Of a DNA stretch of 64,000 nucleotides, positions 37,150-45,868 are shown piece after piece. The DNA lies in contig NZ_PKUB01000002.1 in the NCBI RefSeq assembly GCF_002868845.1, forward strand, positions 1,037-65,036. Reading direction: 5' to 3'. How positions within the stretch are numbered: position 1 is the stretch's first letter; the number at the start of each line of letters is the position of its first letter. The notes beneath the pieces were generated by a model. The model ran no database searches, had not been told where the DNA came from, and was given only the letters and a program-made list of their open reading frames with translations. Source of the DNA: Desulfuromonas sp. Lineage in GTDB: Bacteria > Desulfobacterota > Desulfuromonadia > Desulfuromonadales > BM501. The position numbers and the translations under genes are program-made.

Positions 37150-37587
37150 TCAGCCGGACTCCGAGAGGTTTGCCCTGACGGATCCGGCCTTCCTCCTGAG
37201 ATGCTCGCCGAAGCGCCTGTCCTCCGCCTTGATGTGCTCGGTCAACCAGAAAAGCAGAACCTTGTTGGTATGCACCAGCACATGTACCGTTGGGCCGGCA
37301 GCATCCAGTTCGTCTCTCAGGTCCGCCAGGCGCCGACGGAAGTGGACGTGCTGTTGCCGGTGGGCCTCCAGGTCGGCGTAGCCCTGGTCCTCCATGAGAG
37401 CCTCCTCGGCTTGAAAATGCTCGGCCACGTACCGATCGAGGAAAGCGAAGAGCTCGCGCAGATGCTCAAGGCCATGGCGCTTGCTGCAGGCCTCCATAAA
37501 AGCATCGAACCTCTGAAACATCTCCCGGTGCTGGCTGTCGATCTGGGGCTGTCCGACGGCCAGATCCTCGGTCCACTGCAGGGACAT
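37150..37587 (-). CDS. bacteriohemerythrin
   Basis: ATG 37587 follows AGGAGGAG. WTEDLAVGQPQIDSQHREMF, H..EE, H...H and WLTEHIKAEDRRF are the hemerythrin metal ligand pattern. Confidence 0.85.
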   Translation of the reverse strand: MSLQWTEDLAVGQPQIDSQHREMFQRFDAFMEACSKRHGLEHLRELFAFLDRYVAEHFQAEEALMEDQGYADLEAHRQQHVHFRRRLADLRDELDAAGPTVHVLVHTNKVLLFWLTEHIKAEDRRFGEHLRRKAGSVRANLSESG

Positions 37588-37714
37588 GGCGGCTCCTCCT
37601 TTACTTGAGAATTCGATCTTCATTATAAGCACGTTCCGAGCCCGGGGGCAAATCGGCCGATGTCGGGTATACTTATTAAAACCCCTCTGCCCCCTCCGCC
37701 ACCGGGATCACGCC

Positions 37715-38509
37715 ATGACACCTCTGCCCTTCAACGACCAGAAAAGCGTCAAGGCCCGCGCCCTCTTCGTGGGCGAGCGCCTCGACCTGCGCGCCTTCGA
37801 AAAAACCCACCGGCTGGCCTCAGGCCCCCTGACGGTGACCGCCGGAGAAGCGGGCTGCGCGGTGTTGTTCCGCTACGGCTGCGTGGTGCTGTTCTGCATG
37901 AGCGCGATGGAGGAGGTGACCTTCCTCAAGGACCTGGCGCCCTTTCTCAAGGGGCCCTTCACCGAACCGGAGAGCGAGGAGGCCCAAGTGGCGCAAGACC
38001 CCGGGCGTCCCGAGGGGACCGGGGAGCAGGACATCGTCCTGCACGCCTTCACCCCCGAACGCCTGCAGTTGGTGGCGGAGGTGCTGGCCAAGAGCGTGGT
38101 GCTGGCCCACTACGAGAAAAGCGTGGCGACAAGCTTCCAGAACATCGAGCCGCTTGCGGAGAGCCTGCAGCGCAAGGGCCGGGGAGGTTCCAGAGGACGG
38201 GATCTGCTGCGCCACATCGGCGACACCCTCTCCATCCAGGGGCGCATGGTCGGGCGGGTAGAGATCGTGGAAAAACCGGGACTTCTCTGGGACAACCCGG
38301 AGCACGAACACCTCTACGCCCGCCTCGAGGACGAATACGAACTGAGCGAGAGGCACATGGCCCTGGAGCGCAAGCTCGAGCTCATCTCCCGCACCGCCGA
38401 GACCCTGCTCAGCCTCCTCCAGAACAAACGTTCCCTGAGGGTGGAGTGGTACATCACCCTGCTCATCGTCCTGGAGATCCTGATCACCCTCTACGAGATG
38501 CTGTCCTGA
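37715..38509 (+). CDS. DUF155 (RMD1/YagE-family) membrane protein
   Basis: Internal ATG of ORF 37586..38509. The C-terminal RVEWYITLLIVLEILITLYEML TM helix and the preceding LERKLELISRTAETLL are typical of DUF155. Confidence 0.72.
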   Translation: MTPLPFNDQKSVKARALFVGERLDLRAFEKTHRLASGPLTVTAGEAGCAVLFRYGCVVLFCMSAMEEVTFLKDLAPFLKGPFTEPESEEAQVAQDPGRPEGTGEQDIVLHAFTPERLQLVAEVLAKSVVLAHYEKSVATSFQNIEPLAESLQRKGRGGSRGRDLLRHIGDTLSIQGRMVGRVEIVEKPGLLWDNPEHEHLYARLEDEYELSERHMALERKLELISRTAETLLSLLQNKRSLRVEWYITLLIVLEILITLYEMLS

Positions 38510-38643
38510 GCGGCGGCTGCCCACCCTCTGTGCAGCAGATGCCACCCGGATGTGCAGATTTTGGGCAGACCGGACCATCGGCCCCAGCGCCCCACTCTCC
38601 GAAAAAGGCGCAAGCCCGGGCAAATATGCATGCCTCAATATAT

Positions 38644-38659
38644 TGGCACGCTCTCTGCT
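38644..38659 (+). promoter_or_regulatory. sigma-54 (-24/-12) type promoter upstream of nifH
   Basis: TGGCAC-GCTCT-CTGCT, with GG and GC at canonical spacing. About 300 nt upstream of the nifH ATG. An AT-rich tract (AAATATGCATGCCTCAATATAT) lies immediately upstream. Confidence 0.6.
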
Positions 38660-38720
38660 AGATAGAGAGTGACAGACGTCAATGGGCCACGAGGATGTGT
38701 GCCCGCGACAGAGGCGATGA

Positions 38721-38754
38721 AGCCCGACGGGGAGCGATCCCCCTCGGGCTTTTT
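38721..38754 (+). terminator. intrinsic terminator 1 in the nifH leader
   Basis: AGCCCGA(C)GGGG-AGCGAT-CCCC(C)TCGGGCT followed by TTTTT. 11 bp plus one mismatch. Confidence 0.7.
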
Positions 38755-38803
38755 GTATCTACAGCAGATGGGCGGCGCCACGGCGGAGCCGCCCGGGCAA
38801 TGG

Positions 38804-39837
<1,034 letters not shown>

Positions 39838-40012
39838 GGCACCGGGCGATTTGCCCCCAGCTCGGCGTTGCCCTGCGGGATCGCAGGTTCGACGTAGCTT
39901 CCGCTACGCCTCGCCAGCTCTCCCTTGTGCGCCTTGATCTGAGGGCAACTTGCCCGTCGCTGTGGCGGCGCTATCGAAGAGATCTAAGAATCAGGCATTA
40001 AAGGAGTTCAAT

Positions 40013-41455
40013 ATGGCCGAAAGAAAGCCCATCGCGGGCGTGACCAAAGAAAAAACCGAGAAGCTGATCGAGGAGACCCTCGCGGCGATGCCGGAGAAGG
40101 CCCATAAGAAACGCGCCCCCCACCTGGGCGCCAACGAGCCGAGCGCCTCGCCCTGCGCGGTCAAGTCGAACAAAAAGGTCGTCCCCGGGGTCATGAGCCA
40201 GCGCGGCTGCGCATACGCCGGCGCCAAGGGGGTGGTCTGGGGCCCGATCCGCGACATGATCCACGTCTCCCACGGCCCCATCGGCTGCGGCGTCTACAGC
40301 TGGGGGACCCGGCGCAACCTGATGCAGGGGACCCCTGGCGTCACCTCCTTCCCCATGGACTTCACCTCAGATTTCCAGGAGCGCGACATCGTCTACGGCG
40401 GCGACCAGAAGCTGGAGAAACTGCTGGGCGAGGCGGACGAGCTCTTCCCCCTGAACAAGGGGATGTCGATCCTTTCCGAGTGCCCGGTCGGACTCATCGG
40501 CGACGACATCAACGCTGTCGCCAAGAAGATGGAAGGCGAACTCGACAAGCTGGTCGTGCCCTGCAACTGCGAGGGTTTCCGCGGCGTCTCCCAGTCGCTG
40601 GGGCACCACATCTCCAACGACTCGATCCGCGACCACATCATCGGCAAGTACGAGTTCCCGGACGAAGCCGGCCCCTACGACGTCGCGCTGATCGGCGACT
40701 ACAACATCGGCGGCGACGTTTGGGCCGCCAAGCCGATCCTCGAAGAGATCGGCCTCAACGTCAAGAGCGTCTGGACCGGCGACGGCGAGGTGGAGAAGAT
40801 CGCCGCCACCCACACCGTCAAACTCAACCTGATCCACTGCTACCGCTCCATGAACTACATGTGCAAGGTCATGGAAGAGAAGTACGACATTCCCTGGCTC
40901 GAGTACAACTTCTTCGGCCCGACCAAGATCGAGGAGAGCCTGCGCGCCATCGGCGAACTGTTCGACGACACCATCAAGGCGAACGTCGAGAAGGTGATCG
41001 CCAAGTACAAGCCGATCATGGAGGCGGTGATCGACCAGTACAAACCGCGCCTCGACGGCAAGACCGCCATGCTCTTCGTCGGCGGCCTGCGCCCCCGGCA
41101 CACCATCGGCGCCTACGAGGACCTCGGCATCCAGATCACTGGCGCCGGCTACGAGTTCGCCCACCAGGACGACTACGACCGGACCGCGCCGGAAATGGCC
41201 AAAGGGACCTTGATCTACGACGACGTCTCCGAATTTGAGCTCGAGAAGTTCGTCGAAGAACTCAAGCCCGACCTGGTCGGGTCCGGCATCAAGGAGAAGT
41301 ACGTCTTCCAGAAGGCCGGCATCCCCTTCCGCCAGATGCACAGCTGGGACTACTCGGGTCCCTATCACGGTTACGAAGGGTTCAAGATCTTCGCCCGCGA
41401 CATCGACATGGCGATCAACAGCCCCACCTGGAAACTGGTGAAGGCGCCGTATTAA
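40013..41455 (+). CDS. nifD: nitrogenase molybdenum-iron protein alpha chain
   Basis: 480 aa after [48 protein letters not shown], and CYRSMNYM (FeMo-co Cys ligand region). Confidence 0.95.
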   Translation: MAERKPIAGVTKEKTEKLIEETLAAMPEKAHKKRAPHLGANEPSASPCAVKSNKKVVPGVMSQRGCAYAGAKGVVWGPIRDMIHVSHGPIGCGVYSWGTRRNLMQGTPGVTSFPMDFTSDFQERDIVYGGDQKLEKLLGEADELFPLNKGMSILSECPVGLIGDDINAVAKKMEGELDKLVVPCNCEGFRGVSQSLGHHISNDSIRDHIIGKYEFPDEAGPYDVALIGDYNIGGDVWAAKPILEEIGLNVKSVWTGDGEVEKIAATHTVKLNLIHCYRSMNYMCKVMEEKYDIPWLEYNFFGPTKIEESLRAIGELFDDTIKANVEKVIAKYKPIMEAVIDQYKPRLDGKTAMLFVGGLRPRHTIGAYEDLGIQITGAGYEFAHQDDYDRTAPEMAKGTLIYDDVSEFELEKFVEELKPDLVGSGIKEKYVFQKAGIPFRQMHSWDYSGPYHGYEGFKIFARDIDMAINSPTWKLVKAPY

Positions 41456-41460
41456 AAGCA

Positions 41461-41532
41461 GTAACAAGTGACGGGTAACGAGTGACGGAAAGCACCTAAA
41501 GCTTGCTCTGCTTTGCTTGTCACCCATCACCG
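41461..41532 (+). repeat. heptamer array in the nifD-nifK spacer
   Basis: GTAACAA GTGACGG GTAACGA GTGACGG (41461-41488). Inverted partial units TTGTCAC CCATCAC follow at 41517-41530. Confidence 0.7.
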
Positions 41533-41552
41533 ACCTTAAAGGAGTTATCGCC

Positions 41553-43013
41553 ATGAGCGAATGCGCATTGAAAAAAGTGACCGAGCACTCCCCCGAAGAG
41601 GTGGAGAAGGTCAAGGAATGGATAAACACTGAAGAATACAAGGAAAAGAACTTCGCCAGGACCGCCCTGGTGATCAACCCGGCCCACGCCTGCCAGCCTC
41701 TCGGGGCGCAGATGGTGGCCACCGCCTTCGAGGGGAGCCTCCCCTTCGTCCACGGCTCCCAGGGGTGCGCGTCCTACTTCCGCAGCACCTTCAGCCGCCA
41801 CTACCGCGAGCCCGCTGCGGCCACCTGCGACGCCATGACCGAGGACGGCGCCGTCTTCGGCGGCCAGAACAACCTCTTCGAGGGCCTGGAGAACGCCTAC
41901 GCCCTCTACAAGCCGAAGATGATGCCGGTCTACACCACCTGCATGCCCGAGGTCATCGGCGACGACCTGACCGCCTTCATCACCAACGCCAAGCAGAAGG
42001 GTCATATTCCGGAGGACCTGCCGACCCCCTACGCCAACACCCCGAGCTTCAACGGCACCCACATCCACGGTTACGACGCGATGATGCGCTCCGTCCTGCA
42101 GTACCTCACCAAGGATCAGAAGGTCGAAGGCAAGTGCACCGGCAAGCTCAACCTGATCCCCGGTTTTGACGGCAACACCGGCAACATCCGCGAGTACAAG
42201 CGCATCCTCGAGGCCATGGAGATCCCCTACACGGTGATGGCTGACACCTCCGAGGTCTTCGACACCCCCTGTGACGGGACCTACCAGCTTTACCCCGGCG
42301 GGACCAAGCTCGAAGACGCCGCCGAGTCGATCAACGGCAAGGCGACCATCTCTCTGCAGAAGTACTCAACTGCCACCACCATGAAGTGGATCGACGCCGA
42401 GTACAGCGGCGAGAAGGCCGTGATGCCCATGCCCTTCGGCATCGCGAAGACCGACGAGTTTCTGATGAAGCTCTCCGAGCTCTTCGGCAAGGAGATCCCC
42501 GCGGAGCTCAAGGCTGAGCGCGGCCGGGCCGTCGACGCCATGACCGACGCCCACCAGTACCTGCACGGCAAGAAGTTCGCCGTGGCCGGTGACCCCGACT
42601 ACCTGATCGGCATCGTCAGCTTCCTGCTCGAAATGGGAGCGATCCCCCACCACGTCCTCTGCTCGCGGGCAACCAAGAAGTTCAAGAAGGAGATGGATGC
42701 GCTGCTGGAAACGTCCCCTTTCGGCGCGGGATGCACCGTCTACATCAACAAGGATCTCTGGCACATGCGCTCCCTGCTGGTGACCGACCCGGTCGACGGA
42801 ATCATCGGCGACACCCACGCCAAGTGGGCCGCCCGCGACGCGGACACCCCCCTGTTCCGCATCGGCTTCCCGATCATCGACCGCGTCAACCTGCACCGTT
42901 CCCCGGTGATCGGCTACCAGGGCGCCATCAACATCCTGACCATGATCGCCAACAAGTTCCTCGACATCAAAGACGAGACTTGCGAAGACCAGTGGTTCGA
43001 GATGATGCGCTAA
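41553..43013 (+). CDS. nifK: nitrogenase molybdenum-iron protein beta chain
   Basis: 486 aa after AAGGAG. NPAHACQPLGA, VHGSQGCASYFRS, TTCMPEVIGDDL. Confidence 0.95.
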   Translation: MSECALKKVTEHSPEEVEKVKEWINTEEYKEKNFARTALVINPAHACQPLGAQMVATAFEGSLPFVHGSQGCASYFRSTFSRHYREPAAATCDAMTEDGAVFGGQNNLFEGLENAYALYKPKMMPVYTTCMPEVIGDDLTAFITNAKQKGHIPEDLPTPYANTPSFNGTHIHGYDAMMRSVLQYLTKDQKVEGKCTGKLNLIPGFDGNTGNIREYKRILEAMEIPYTVMADTSEVFDTPCDGTYQLYPGGTKLEDAAESINGKATISLQKYSTATTMKWIDAEYSGEKAVMPMPFGIAKTDEFLMKLSELFGKEIPAELKAERGRAVDAMTDAHQYLHGKKFAVAGDPDYLIGIVSFLLEMGAIPHHVLCSRATKKFKKEMDALLETSPFGAGCTVYINKDLWHMRSLLVTDPVDGIIGDTHAKWAARDADTPLFRIGFPIIDRVNLHRSPVIGYQGAINILTMIANKFLDIKDETCEDQWFEMMR

Positions 43014-43019
43014 AGGCAG

Positions 43020-43093
43020 TAGCGAGTGACAGGTGACGAGTGACAAGTAAAGAATGCTTTTAACTCGTCACTCGTCACTCGTCACTCGTCACT
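43020..43093 (+). repeat. inverted heptamer arrays after nifK
   Basis: TAGCGAG TGACAGG TGACGAG TGACAAG (43020-43047), a 16-nt spacer, then CTCGTCA x4 (43064-43091). CTCGTCA is the reverse complement of TGACGAG, so the two arms can form a long imperfect hairpin. Confidence 0.8.
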
Positions 43094-43166
43094 TCTCCCC
43101 GAAGGGGAAGACATGATCAGAACAAGACGTTTCGAGATCGTCGGCCCGGAGCTGAAAGGATTGACC

Positions 43167-43553
43167 ATGAAGGTGGCATTTGCCAGCACAGACAAAGTTC
43201 ATGTTGACGAGCACTTCGGCAGGGCCGAGGCGTTCTACATCTATGAAGTCGGGCCGGAAGAGGCCGAATTCACGGGCGTGCTCCAGGTCAAGACCGAAGG
43301 GGACGACGAAGCCGACCGCATCGAAGCACGCTGCGCCGGCCTCGATACCTGCGCACTGGTCTACGTCGCCCAGATCGGCGGGCCTGCTGCCGCGCGCCTG
43401 GTCCAGAAAAAGATCCACCCCATAAAGAGCAAGGAGCAGGAACCGATCACCGACGTGGTGGCCAAGCTGCAGGAGGTCCTTCGGGGCAGCCCGCCGCCCT
43501 GGCTGCGCAAGGCGATGCTCAAGAACGAGCGACCGGGGTTCCTGGACAGATGA
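43167..43553 (+). CDS. nifX: nitrogen fixation protein NifX
   Basis: MKVAFASTDKVHVDEHFGRAEAFYIYEV..., IGGPAAARLVQKKIHPIK, and a C-terminal LRGSPPPWLRKAM. The alternative upstream ATG 43113 cannot be excluded. Confidence 0.8.
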   Translation: MKVAFASTDKVHVDEHFGRAEAFYIYEVGPEEAEFTGVLQVKTEGDDEADRIEARCAGLDTCALVYVAQIGGPAAARLVQKKIHPIKSKEQEPITDVVAKLQEVLRGSPPPWLRKAMLKNERPGFLDR

Positions 43554-43643
43554 CAATGTAGGGGCGATCCTTGTGATCGCCCGGAACGCGGAGGGCGAAT
43601 AGGAGATTCGCCCCTACACGCCACAATCATAAGGAGAAGTACC

Positions 43644-43913
43644 ATGGCTTACCTGACCGGCAAGACCAAGGGCGGCGCCGACTGGACCCCCACCTTCGTC
43701 GAGGCGATCGACCACGAAAAGTGCATCGGCTGCGGCCGCTGCTACAAAGCCTGCTCCCGCAAAGTGCTGGGGCCCTTCGATCTGGAGGACGAGGAGTCCG
43801 AATCGATCCGCATGGTCATGGAGATCGTCAAGAACGATGCCTGCATCGGCTGCGCCGGCTGCGGGGTGACCTGCAGCAAGAAGGCCTTCTCCTTCAAGCC
43901 GATGGAAGTCTAA
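43644..43913 (+). CDS. nif-specific ferredoxin III (2x[4Fe-4S])
   Basis: 89 aa. WTPTFVEAIDHEKCIGCGRCYKAC...RMVMEIVKNDACIGCAGCGVTC. RBS AAGGAGAAG. Confidence 0.85.
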   Translation: MAYLTGKTKGGADWTPTFVEAIDHEKCIGCGRCYKACSRKVLGPFDLEDEESESIRMVMEIVKNDACIGCAGCGVTCSKKAFSFKPMEV

Positions 43914-43965
43914 GAAAGCTGCAAGCTGTCAGTTTGCTGCTATCAGCTTTTAGTCTCAAAACCTT

Positions 43966-44073
43966 GACAACTGACAACTGACAACTGACAACTGACAACT
44001 GACAACTGACAACTGACAACTGACAACTGACAACTGACAACTGACAACTGACAACTGATAGCTGATAGCTGAC
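43966..44073 (+). repeat. perfect tandem heptamer array: GACAACT x13 then GATAGCT x2
   Basis: I counted unit starts at 43966, 43973, ... 44050 (13 identical copies), then 44057 and 44064 (GATAGCT). The array ends 15 nt before ATG 44089. Inverted single units (TGTCAGTT, GCTATCAGC) lie at 43927-43949. Confidence 0.95.
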
Positions 44074-44088
44074 CGAAGGGAGTTCACC

Positions 44089-44472
44089 ATGCTCATCGCC
44101 GTCGCATCGAAAAACGGCACCGAGGTCGACCAGCACTTCGGCCATGCCTAGCGGTTCCTGATCTACGACTTCAAAAAGGGCAACCCCAGGCAGGTCAAGG
44201 AAGTGCAGGTGGAGAAATACTGTTCCTTCGACCCCGACCACCCCTTCCGCCACGAACAGTTCAACGCCATCGTTGCGGCCCTGGACGGCTGCAGAGCGGT
44301 GGTCACCGCCCAGATCGGCGAGTTGCCGAAGCAGGAACTTCAGAAAGCCGGCATGGTCGCGGTCAATGCCTCCGGGCCGATCATCCCGGCTCTGCAGGCG
44401 GCCCATGACGCGGCATGCGGATGCGGCTGCAAAAAGCCGTCCCCCGACGGCCCCTGCCCTCACTCGGCCTGA
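44089..44472 (+). pseudogene. NifX/NifB-C-terminal-like FeMo-cofactor-binding domain protein interrupted by in-frame TAG at 44149-44151
   Basis: RBS GAAGGGAG, then ATG 44089. MLIAVASKNGTEVDQHFGHA, then TAG. The same frame continues RFLIYDFKKGNP... and joins ORF 44203..44472. HFGHAxxFxIY is the family hallmark. Confidence 0.75.
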
Positions 44473-44703
44473 TTCAATAAGAATCCGCCCTCGAACGACT
44501 TTGGAGACTTTCCCCTTTCAGCTCCTGCCGAAAAAAGGGACTTTCCAGAGATGCAATTGCCTTTGGCATGGGCAGGGAGGATCAGAGGGGTCCTTCCTGC
44601 CTCCTTTTTTTCGGGCGACTGTATTCGCCCACTGCCGCCTCGGCGCCCGAAAAGGCCCGTCTTGACGGGGATTGACGGAATGGGCCGGCCCCATCGGCCC
44701 ACT

Positions 44704-44719
44704 TGGCACGACTGATGCT
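44704..44719 (+). promoter_or_regulatory. sigma-54 (-24/-12) type promoter upstream of nifB
   Basis: TGGCAC-GACTG-ATGCT with canonical GG/GC spacing. About 195 nt upstream of the nifB ATG. Confidence 0.55.
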
Positions 44720-44746
44720 ATAAGAAGGACAGAGACAATCGATATT

Positions 44747-44789
44747 GCGATACAAGGCCGTATCGCCCCCTGAAGACGGCAAAGAAGCC
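44747..44789 (+). promoter_or_regulatory. candidate ANTAR-type dual hexaloop hairpin
   Basis: P1 is GCGATAC[AAGGCC]GTATCGC, a 7-bp stem. P2 is GGC[AAAGAA]GCC, a 3-bp stem. Both loops have A at position 1 and G at position 4. The 3' arm of P2 is the first 3 nt of the terminator stem. Confidence 0.45.
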
Positions 44790-44817
44790 CCCCGGAGATC
44801 TCTCCGCGGGGCTTTTT
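44787..44817 (+). terminator. intrinsic terminator in the nifB leader
   Basis: GCCCCCCGGAGA-TC-TCTCCGCGGGGC (11 of 12 bp paired) followed by TTTTT. Confidence 0.7.
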
Positions 44818-44912
44818 CTATCCAGTCACACGAGCATCGGCGCTCACCCCACAGCGGGTCAGCGCCGGTTTGCGTTTCGACCGCTTTATGCGGCCGCGAA
44901 AGGAGAAAAGCC

Positions 44913-45782
44913 ATGGCCACCGGATGCCCGATGATGAAAGCCAAGAGACAGACCGACCACCCCTGCTTCGGCGGGGACCACGCCAATACCGGCCGCATCC
45001 ACCTGCCGGTGGCGCCGGGCTGCAATATCAAGTGCGGCTTCTGCGAGCGCAAGTTCGACTGCGCCAACGAGAGCCGCCCCGGGGTGACCAGCCAGATCCT
45101 TTCCCCCGAGCAGGCCCTGGAGCGGGTGCGACTGGTCAGCCGCCACCCCAAGGTCGGCGGCAAGTTGAAAGTCGTCGGCATCGCAGGTCCCGGCGACCCC
45201 CTGGCCAACCCGAAGACCTTCGAGACGTTCGAACTGGTCAGGGAGGCCTTTCCGCAGATGCACCTCTGCCTCTCCACCAACGGCCTGCTCCTCACCGAGC
45301 ACCTCGACCGCCTGCTGAGCCTCGGCGTCCACAGCGTCACCGTGACCGTCAACGCCCTGACCCCCGAGACCGGGGCGAAGGTCTACGAGTGGGTCCGCCA
45401 CGGCGATGTGCGGCTCGAGGGCGAAGCGGGCGCGGCCCTGCTGCTCAAGCGGCAGTTCGAGGGAATCCGCTATGCGGCGGCCGCCGGCATGATGGTCAAG
45501 GTCAACTCGGTCTACATCCCCGGCGTCAACGACCACGAGACCCTCGACCTGGCCGTCAAGGTCCGCGACCTCGGCGCCGACGTCATGAACATCATCCCGA
45601 TGATCCCGCTCGGAATCTTCAAGGGACTCGAACCCCCGAGCGATGTCGTCATGGAGATGGTGCGCAACAAGGCCGAGCTGATCCTCGCCCAGGCGCGCCA
45701 CTGCAAGCAGTGCCGGGCCGATGCCGCCGGGCTGGTCGGCCAGGACCTCGACCTGGAAGAACTGCACGCCCAGGCCAGCTGA
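44913..45782 (+). CDS. nifB: FeMo-cofactor biosynthesis radical SAM protein NifB (short form, no C-terminal NifX-like domain)
   Basis: 289 aa after AAAGGAGAA. HPCFGGDHANTGRIHLPVAPGCNIKCGFC (CxxxCxxC), GIAGPGDPLAN, LSTNGLLL, TVTVNA, CKQCRADA. Confidence 0.9.
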   Translation: MATGCPMMKAKRQTDHPCFGGDHANTGRIHLPVAPGCNIKCGFCERKFDCANESRPGVTSQILSPEQALERVRLVSRHPKVGGKLKVVGIAGPGDPLANPKTFETFELVREAFPQMHLCLSTNGLLLTEHLDRLLSLGVHSVTVTVNALTPETGAKVYEWVRHGDVRLEGEAGAALLLKRQFEGIRYAAAAGMMVKVNSVYIPGVNDHETLDLAVKVRDLGADVMNIIPMIPLGIFKGLEPPSDVVMEMVRNKAELILAQARHCKQCRADAAGLVGQDLDLEELHAQAS

Positions 45783-45787
45783 TACGT

Positions 45788-45824
45788 GCATCCCGGTGGC
45801 CTAACGGTCGCCGGGATGCTTTTT
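45788..45824 (+). terminator. intrinsic terminator after nifB
   Basis: GCATCCCGG, a 14-nt loop, CCGGGATGC, then TTTTT. Confidence 0.7.
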
Positions 45825-45830
45825 GCGCAG

Positions 45831-45853
45831 CGTTATTCGCAACGGACATAACG
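45831..45853 (+). promoter_or_regulatory. candidate ModE operator
   Basis: Inverted repeat CGTTAT-N11-ATAACG, 16 nt upstream of the modE ATG. It resembles the CGnTAT...ATAnCG half-sites of ModE boxes as I recall them. Confidence 0.4.
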
Positions 45854-45868
45854 ACGGAAGGGCGACAG

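Noticed and set aside
43966-44073. CRISPR array
   Set aside because: The repeats are 7 nt and directly abutting with no spacers. No cas genes are present in the window.
43894-44463. 189-aa minus-strand ORF containing SCQLSVV repeats
   Set aside because: It is the translation of the GACAACT heptamer array (21-nt period) plus the antisense of the NifX-like gene. There is no RBS, and it overlaps a recognisable plus-strand gene.
44564-44579. TGGCAT-GGGCA-GGGAG as a sigma-54 promoter
   Set aside because: It lacks the GC dinucleotide at the -12 position. A better match lies at 44704.
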